Shown in pieces: positions 55,938 through 64,000 of a DNA stretch of 64,000 bases (position 1 is its first letter; each line of letters starts with the position of its first letter). A program made the translations under genes and the position numbers. Under the pieces are notes generated by a model. The model worked only from the letters and a program-made list of their open reading frames with translations. It searched no databases and had not been told where the DNA came from. Origin of the DNA: Rebecca billardiae RCC1528 (taxonomy: Eukaryota; Protista; Haptophyta). The stretch spans positions 2,046,001 through 2,110,000 of the forward strand of contig OZ251229.1 in NCBI GenBank assembly GCA_965240325.2, given 5' to 3'.

Positions 55938-56700
55938 GATTCCGGCACGGGGGGTCGCAACTCGCAACCGTTTCCGGATGACAGATCTCAAGGTTGTATG
56001 GAGCACCACCCTTGATGGAGCGCTCGTTGGATGGAACTTGACACCGCATTTCCCAGCGAAGTGCCCCATCTCGGCGGGGCTGGCACGGTCGGCACACGCT
56101 CCTGAGCGCTCGCGTCGCGGTGCGGCATGCCTTGGGCAGCCCAGACAGACATGGCGCGACCGAATTACCGGGCCATGCGCGCACCACACCCGCGCTACAT
56201 GGCCTGCGCGCTGGACGACTGAGAGGCAACGCCGAACCACTGAATTCCACTGCCCCGCATGCACCCCGAGTCACCTTCAGAGGGCGTCGACGAGCGCAGA
56301 GCGGGTGCGTGGGAGTTCGACCAACTCGTGTACCTTCTTGCAAGCACCAGCGGCGAGGTCGCAAGCCGAACCTTGACCAGCCGTGGAACTTGAGCTGGTC
56401 GGCAGCAAAACCACCGTTCAACCCGGATCAAGTTAGCAGCATGCGAGGAGGAGGCGCGGTGCGCGTTCGCGGCTGGCGAGAGGCGTCCGGACCGTGCCGT
56501 TCTCGGCCGCGCCCGCGCGCTTTCCGACGCCGCGGGCCCCGTGTACGCCCGTCGTCGCCCTCGCCGCGCGGGCGCCAAACCGGCGTCAAGTTCCAACGAA
56601 CGCTCCATACAGTTTACTATGATTTAACGTGCACACTTGGTTAAGGCGTGATTACTGTAACGCCATCCAACACTGCACAAAGACACCGCCACAAAACAGT

Positions 56701-56747
56701 AATCTCGCCTGCCTGAGCTGTGTGCGTCTCTTATTCTTAGTAAACTG
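56701..56747 (+). mobile_element. Solo Tc1/mariner-like TIR
   Basis: aatctcgcctgcctgagctgtgtgcgtctcttattcttagtaaactg followed by TA; same motif at 22656, 59090, 59584 and 63215. Confidence 0.7.
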
Positions 56748-56817
56748 TAGTAGTACAGTACAGTAGTACGTCTGCAGAATCTACTAAGCTGAACACGGGC
56801 GTGGGTCCGTGGGAATC

Positions 56818-58216
56818 ATGGCTGCCACACGCACTCCGCGGGCGGGAATGCGCTTGTTACCACGGCTGACATGGCGCGATTGCACGTCTGCAGCGATCCT
56901 GTGCCACACGTGCGTGGCGTTGCACGCTGCAGGCGACCCGGTCACGTGGCCAGGCGACGGACGTTTCGCCCTGAATGCGTCGCAAGTCGCCGCCGTGATG
57001 TGCATCGGCGACTCGTGGATGACCGGGTTCGCAGCGGGCCCAAAGAATCCGAAGGGAACACCCACGGACTACCGCGGCGCATCATGGGGCTGTGGCGATG
57101 GCATCGTCTCGAACGACGAGACGGTTCAGACGCTCGGCACGCTCTTAAGACGCTTCAACCCGCAGCTCCAGGGCTTGTCGCGCGGCACTCACGACTTCAG
57201 TACGCGCAGCCCTTGTAACACACACAGGTGCGGAGCGTGTGCAGCGGATGTGCGCTACTGCGCATGCAACCCGGGCACCCGGCCGATGCGTCCGCTGACT
57301 GCGCTCCTCCACGCGAACCGGGCTCCGTCGCTCACGCTCGCGCCCCGCGCAGGGAGCAGTGTGGCCTGAACGCCGCGGTCGATGGTGCTTCCCTCATCAG
57401 CCGCACTGAGGGCAAGGCAGATCTGAATGGCTCGCTGCTCAAGCAAGCGCACGACCTGCGGCGGTGGATCGATGCGGAGAGGCCCAGACTGCTGCAGGAG
57501 TGGAAGGTGCTCAGCATCATGCCGTCGTGGGGCGACCAGGTGCGACGACTGCGCCGCGCGCGCGCGGCGTAGTGGGGCGCGTCCTCTCGTGCGCGTGTGC
57601 GAATGCTGATCACTGCTGCCTCGCGCGCTGCCGCGCCGCATGCCGCTGGGGGCAGTGGTGGACTGAGCGCAATATCGAGCGAATTCGCTCCGGTCTGCAC
57701 GAGCTCTTCAGCTACCTCCGCCGCTCGCTGCCCAAAACGTACGTCAACCTGGTCGACGTGAGCGAGCACCCGTCGTCCCTCGACAAGATGCTGGCGGAGC
57801 ACACCGTGTGCCGGTTGAGTGTGGCCTTCTGGAAGGCGGCCAATTTTCTGCGCTTCCGCACGCACTTCAACTCGGCGCCGGGCGCCGACGAGTACGCGCG
57901 GAAGATCAACTCCGAGCTGCGTGCGGTCGCGCTGGAGTTCAACGACGGCGAGAACTTCCTCGTCCGAGTTCAACCGGTCATGCACGGCTTCACGTTCCAG
58001 CGGCGGCTGTTGGACCACGGGACGTGCTTTCACCCAAACCAGATGCTCATCGACAATATCGCGATCGGCCTCTTGCAGAACATGGTCTCGCAAGGGTCGT
58101 CGGCGGAGCTCACGAGGCTGCCTGTGTACGATAAGCCGCCAGATCGGCAGCTCGCTCGGCAGGTCGAGCTCTTCAGGAAGGCCATGCTCGCAGCACAAGA
58201 CCTTGTCTTCAGGTGA
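56818..58216 (+). CDS. Phospholipase B-like SGNH/GDSL hydrolase, copy C
   Basis: Exons 56818-57227, 57353-57539 and 57656-58216; closest to copy A. Confidence 0.85.
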
Positions 58217-59089
58217 TGACGAAGGTACTGTGACGTGAAAGTTTATACCTCCTGCTCGTTGACGATGGCACGGCCACGAATGCATGATGCCGGAAGTCCT
58301 CAAACACTAGCAGTTACCTTCTCGCTGTATTCAGGCTGTGATGACGCCGCCGGCTATCAGGCGACCACGATGAGCTCCTCCTCATGGTAATAAGCTATAG
58401 TACCAGCATATATCAGTCGTAACTGGATTTGTCAGCGGTCGTAGTACTACTGTCTACTGCCTACTGCTACTGACAGTAGTACTGACAATGATTCGTCTAC
58501 TTCTAGGGAGTTCACTCCGGCGCCGCTGTACTGGCTGTTGACGCGCTGGAATGACAATGCTCACATGGAGCTACGAACGATTGCGTCATCGCAACTGCAC
58601 CCAGGAAGGCGGGCCGATAGCCTCTTCCTAACCCGGCGATATATGTCATCCGCCGATTTGGTGGCGTTGCATGCGCGCGCGCATGCGCACACGCTACCGC
58701 GTGACTTGTCATCACAGCGTACTGACGGATAACTCAATCAGTACGGCCGCAGCGAGTGCAATGCACGCGTGCACACGCTCACAACGGGGTCGCTGACGGC
58801 TCTTCGCGTCCACAGGGGGCTTCTACCCTCGGCAGGGCTGGATCATGAACAGTAGCACCATGCCGCGAAATCTGAACTACTGTTTCCCCTCGACCTCGTC
58901 GTGCACGCCATCGTTCGTGGGCGACACCTCCGCCAGCCGAGGCGACCGTGCTTGACGCGGTGATGCGCGCCGTCCCGCGTCCAGACGGTTGTCATTTCGC
59001 TTGTACTGGGTATGAATAATATCGGAGGCCAGCAATGGAGGCCTGGACCATTGAGAGCTAGCCGCCTAGACAGTCCTTGCCGATGTATA

Positions 59090-59622
59090 CAGTTAAATAA
59101 GAATAAGAGACGCACACAGGTTAGGCAGGCGAGATTGTATATATATAGCATGGTTCGATTTGGCGTCCCGTAACCATATATCGTTCGTGCACTAATTGTT
59201 AGAGCTGGATACCATACGAGACGCACTTGCCTGCAGTGGGCTGTCTCAGTTGACCATCTAGTTAACTAACTTGTTCATAGTTCAGGCGCGAGATTATACA
59301 GTTTCAGCTCAGAGTATGAGACACACATGTACAGCTCGGTAGGCGACTGGCTAGATTCGGTCGGAAGGCTTGATTTATCACCAGTGCGGCAGTCCGGAAG
59401 GTCCAAACGCCCTTACTAAATAAATAACGGACGGTGGGGGCTGGGGCGTGAGGACGATGGGTGCTGGCGCGCAGTGAGGTGGCCGCAGCCCTCATCCAGG
59501 CATCGCAGGCGGACGGCTGAATGAATCTTCCGACGGCGCTACCATCGACGACGGCTTCATGGGCGGTGCCAGTTGGCGGGCGTCAATCTCGCCTGCCTGA
59601 GCTGTGTGCGTCTCTTATTCTT
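59090..59622. mobile_element. Tc1/mariner-like MITE (~530 bp), right TIR truncated
   Basis: TA + cagttaaataagaataagagacgcacacaggttaggcaggcgagattg at the left end; inverted copy at 59584-59622. Confidence 0.75.
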
Positions 59623-59985
59623 GTTTTGTGGCGGTGTCTTTGTGCCCCTTACGTATTTACAGACGGTCTCTGCTGGAGACCGTCTCTGGGGAGCCCGGCC
59701 CAGAGACGAACTCTGGGCGCCAGCCCAGGGTTCGAGACAAAGATTTGGTACAAACCGTTTGGGGTACAAACTTTGTATACAAATACAAAGATTCCCCGTG
59801 GGCTTTGGGGTGCCGATCTTTGGGTCCGGGAGCCACACCCGCAATCCGGTCGCAACCGGACTCCCGGCAGCAGCCCGGTCCGGCTCGGCGCCCAGCGCTG
59901 AGTCAGGCGACGTGACGCGATCAGCGGAGTCAGTTATCGCCATCGTCGACATCCTACTCATCAGCCGGCGCCTCGTCGGAGCTGC

Positions 59986-60744
59986 TCAACAAGCCGCCGC
60001 GATCGTCTGCTCCTCCGCGATGTCGTCGAGCAGGGAGTGGCGGAGGTTCCAGTCGGTCAGCCGCGTCTTCGCGACCCACGTGCTGTTGAGCTTGGTGAGC
60101 GCCTTGCGAAGCCGCTCGGATGCCATCGCGTTGAACGAGATGCCCTCCGCGTAGCACCACCTTGCCAGCTCCAGGTCGATCTCCTTGACCTCCGCGTCCG
60201 TGAGCTGGCGGTCGAGGAAGTTCGCGAGCGGCATCTGGCGCGCCGTCGAGGACGAGCCATCGAGCCGGATCGGCTCAGCGGAAGAGCTGCCCGCGCCTGA
60301 CAGCCTTGCCTGTTTGGCCTTGTTCGCCTCGGCCTCCGCCTCGTTGCTGATCGCGAGCACCTTCTCCCTCTTCGCGTTGCCCAGGTTGCGGTTCGCCGAC
60401 TTCGAGTTCACCATCTTCGAGGCGCACTCCTGGCGGAGAGGATGGCACGGCGAGCAGTTCGAGGCGACGTGGGCCGACCATTCGGTCACGTTGTGCGTGC
60501 GCGTCGCTCCGCACCACGTGCAGCAAGCCCGCAGGTTCGTCTTGGGGCTCGGCTCCGTCGTGACGCGCGCCGCGTGCAGCAGCTCGACGAGCTTGTCGTG
60601 TGCAGCCCTGGCCGTCGACCAGTCCTCGGACTTGAGCTTGTCGATGCCAACCTGCTCCACGATCGACTTAAGCACGTCCTCCTCCGCGCACCGGGCACCG
60701 GTCTGCTTGTTCACCACCAGGCGCAGATGCGTGTAGATCGACAT
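59986..60744 (-). pseudogene. N-terminal fragment of a hAT-like transposase (BED-like finger)
   Basis: CTWC..WSAHVASNC finger, then DLELARWCYAEGISFNAMASERLRKALTKLN..LRHSLLD; truncated before the DDE core. Confidence 0.75.
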
Positions 60745-60924
60745 CGGCCTCCGCTCCACGAAAGCGCTTCGAGCCTACTACGCAGCTACGTACGTTCCAA
60801 GTCCGGGAAGGCCAACGCTGTGTTGGGACTTTGGGTCCGGGCACATCTTTGGACCCAAAGTTTCCTACAAATATTTGTACTACAAACCAAACGCCGGAGC
60901 ATTTGGTACAAATTCTCGAACCCT

Positions 60925-63048
60925 GCGCCAGCCGCCAAAGACCGTCTCTGCTGGAGACCATTTTCTCGGTGGCGCCACTGGCGCGAGCGCTCCCGGGGCT
61001 GTGCCGCCGCGGGGCTGCTGGCTCCGTTCGCCGCCAAGCGCCATGCCGGCCCCGCCCTGGAACGGCGCTGGCACACGAGACCGCGTACAGTACTGCGCAC
61101 CGTGGATGCACTACGCAGCAGCTACGCTGTGCAGCGACTCGCGCGCTCCAACTTGTGGTGCCACGCGCTTGCGCGCTCGCGCGAACGCGTGTGTTCGAAC
61201 GCACCTGTGCATGCTCGCACGCGAGAGGTCTGACTTGATGCTGACGAGCGTGGTGGCTCATGGCTCGCGAGGGGAGCCACATGCCGCACTCTTTCTCTCC
61301 GCCCCCGAGCCCTCTCTCGCGCGTGGCTGTGACAAGTACACGCGCGCACGTTCTGAGCGCCGCAGCGCAACATGGCGCGCTCACTCACACTTCGCGCGCA
61401 CCATCTCCTGCCGCAGACGACCAGCCCGTGCGCGTCGCGCGCCTTGCCCGAAAGGTGTGCGAGCAGCTGACCCGAGCAGATCGATCGCCGGGCGCGCCGA
61501 GCAGTCTGCGCCCACGCCGCTGACCGGCGTGGGCGATGCAGGTTGGCGGATCACCTTACTGCGCGCTGGCCTCGGCGCAGCAGCCAAGTGTCCTGCGCGG
61601 CAGCCCTGGAGGTGCTTGGGGGCGCGCGCTCGGCCGTGGAGGCGCCCGCGCAGGCAAAGTGTATAGCTGAGCAGCCGCGAGAGAGCGCGCAGCGTCCTTC
61701 CATGTCAGGCGCCTCGCTCATAGGCACGTTCAGCACGTCTCGGGGCAGTGCGCGCCAACGCGACGCTGCAGCGGAGCGCAAGTGCCGCAAGTGCCAGGCG
61801 CGGGCAACGGTCAGCCATCCGCGATGCACTCCGTCGTCGGTACGGGTCGGACGAGCCGGCGATGGAATGTGCGATCTAACCTACGCGCAGTGTATGACCT
61901 CGCACCGTCGAGCAGGGGTTTGATCACGTCCCACCTAGCCTGCGTATTTCTTGCCTGGCACTGTCCACTACTGAGCCACTACTACACGTAACTATGACGA
62001 TCACCGTCACGGCGGGGCCGACAGCGCGAGCGCGACGGTGCGAGATGCCGAAAGCGGTATGCGCCTAGTTAAAGGATCGCATGGTGACAATATCTCACCA
62101 CCACTTGCCTGGCCAACACGTTTCAAGACAGATAACACAGTGTCCCACTGACCGTTGCCCGCGCCTGGCACTTGCGGCACTTGTGCTCCGCGGCAGGCGG
62201 GCGGCAGCGTCGCGTGGGCGCGCACTGCCCCGAGACGTGCTGAACGTGCCTATGAGCGAGGCGCCTGACATGGAAGGACGCTGCGCGCTCTCTCGCGGCT
62301 GCTCAGCTATACACTTTGCCTGCGCGGGCGCCTCCACGGCCGAGCGCGCGCCCCCAAGCACCTCCAGGGCTGCCGCGCAGGACACTTGGCTGCTGCGCCG
62401 AGGCCAGCGCACAGTAAGGTGATCCGCCAACCTGCATCGCCCACGCTGGTCAGCGGCGTGGGCGCAGACTGCTCGGCGCGCCCGGCGATCGATCTGATCG
62501 GGTCAGCTGCTCGCACACCTTTCGGGCAAGGCGCGCGACGCGCACGGGCTGGTCGTCTGCGGCAGGAGATGGTGCGCGCGAAGTGTGAGTGAGCGCGCCA
62601 TGTTGCGCTGCGGCGCTCAGAACGTGCGCGCGCGTACTTGTCACAGCCACGCGCGAGAGAGGGCTCGGGGGCGGGGAGAAAGAGTGTGGCATGTGGCTCC
62701 CCTCGCGAGCCATGAGCCACCACGCTCGTCAGCATCAAGTCAGACCTCTCGCGTGCGAGCATGCACAGGTGCGTTCGAACACACGCGTTCGCGCGAGCGC
62801 GCAAGCGCGTGGCACCACAAGTTGGAGCGCGCGAGTCGCTGCACAGCGTAGCTGCTGCGTAGTGCATCCACGGTGCGCAGTACTGTACGCGGTCTCGTGT
62901 GCCAGCGCCGTTCCAGGGCGGGGCCGGCATGGCGCTTGGCGGCGAACGGAGCCAGCAGCCCCGCGGCGGCACAGCCCCGGGAGCGCTCGCGCCAGTGGCG
63001 CCACCGAGAAAATGGTCTCCAGCAGAGACGGTCTTTGGCGGCTGGCGC
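60925..63048. repeat. Inverted repeat with ~890-bp arms and ~330-bp spacer inside the hAT element
   Basis: ~60925-61814 is the reverse complement of ~62148-63048. Confidence 0.9.
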
Positions 63049-63214
63049 CCAGAGTTCGTCTCTGGGCCGGGCTCCCCAGAGACGGTCTCCAGCAGAGACC
63101 GTCTGTAAATACGTAGGGGGGTCTTTGTGCAGTGTTGGTTAAAAGATATCCATCATACAGTTTAGCGCCGCGATCCCCCACGACGCGCGGCCACGAAATC
63201 GCATGCTACCAGTA

Positions 63215-63259
63215 CAGTTTACTAAGAATAAGAGACGCACACAGCTCAGGCAGGCGAGA
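63215..63259 (-). mobile_element. Solo Tc1/mariner-like TIR
   Basis: TA + cagtttactaagaataagagacgcacacagctcaggcaggcgaga. Confidence 0.7.
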
Positions 63260-63276
63260 AGGAGCCCGCGCGAATC

Positions 63277-64000
63277 ATGGCGGCAGCACGCTCTCGACGC
63301 ACGGGAATGCGCTTGACACCATGGCTGACGTGGCGCGGTTGGATGTCCGCAGCGATCCTGTGGCACACGTGCGTGGCATGGCAACTTACAGACGACCGAT
63401 GGCCAGACGACGGTCGTTTCGCCCTGAATGCGTCGCAAGTCGCCGCCGTGATGTGCATCGGCGACTCGTGGATGACCGGGTTCAACGTGGCGGGGTACGG
63501 CTTGGACAGCCTAGCCAAGGTCAAGAAGGCGAACAGCGACTACCGCGGTGGGTCATGGGGCTGCGGCAACGGCATCGTCACGCGGGACCAGACGACCGAG
63601 ACGCTCGGAACGCTCGTAAGACGATTCAACCCCAAGCTCGCGGGCCTGTCCAAAGGCGAGCACCCTTTCAACAATGCCAATCCTTGCGACGCCAGGCACA
63701 GGTGCGCCGAGCGCCGCGCTCGGGTAGGTGCGGCTCGGTCGCCGAGCAAGCGCACGGCTGACGCGCCCACCTGCCACCCCCGCCGAGCGCGGCGTTCTTG
63801 CGCAGGGCTGTGTGCGGGCTGAACGCCGCCGTCGATGGGGCGGCCCTCCTGCCGCGGCCAGACTGGGCCACAGCGGACCGGAATGGCACGCTGCTCGACC
63901 AGGCTCGGGACCTGCGCCGGTGGATCGACGAGGAGAGCCCCCACCTGCTGCACCAGTGGAAGGTACTCACCTTCATGCCGTCGTGGGGCGACCAGGTGCG
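63277..64000 (+). CDS. Phospholipase B-like SGNH/GDSL hydrolase, copy D (runs out of the window)
   Basis: Exons 63277-63701 and 63806-63995, donor at 63996; closest to copy B. Confidence 0.82.

Larger units (their letters stand above)
59645..63120 (-). mobile_element. Non-autonomous hAT-transposase-derived element, ~80-bp TIRs, 9-bp TSD
   Basis: TIR at 59645-59724 and ~63040-63120. TSD gtctttgtg at 59636-59644 and 63121-63129. Confidence 0.85.

Noticed and set aside
56701-56747. Recurrent ~48-bp motif near gene starts as a possible spliced leader or small RNA
   Set aside because: It occurs in both orientations, forms an inverted pair at 59090/59584 and ends in CTG-TA, which fits a Tc1/mariner TIR.

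Overview
Very GC-rich eukaryotic genomic DNA with short GT-AG introns. The composition and intron style suggest a microalga, possibly a haptophyte (inference only). Positions ~3.2-29 kb and ~59-63 kb are nests of transposable elements: a 5'-truncated non-LTR retrotransposon (RT, RNase H, CCHC finger) carrying a C-terminal OTU-like protease domain, a pogo-like element (26-bp TIRs, TA TSD), Tc1/mariner-like TIR fragments, several MITEs with clear TSDs, a hAT-transposase derivative with a 9-bp TSD, a TIR element capped by mirror-image (TA)n(GT)n/(CA)n(TA)n microsatellites, a hairpin+(TA)n-terminated family with a conserved orphan ORF, and five long inverted repeats. Host genes are a GAF-like/C2 protein, an R2R3-MYB, an Sfi1-like repeat protein, a TPR protein, a DUF2358-like protein, a ZZ+SANT protein, a 2OG-Fe(II) dioxygenase, an SLC4 transporter, a membrane-anchored TIR-domain protein and four paralogous phospholipase-B-like SGNH hydrolases. 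All calls are from reading the sequence by eye and no database searches were run. Most ORFs in the supplied track are GC-rich shadow ORFs.
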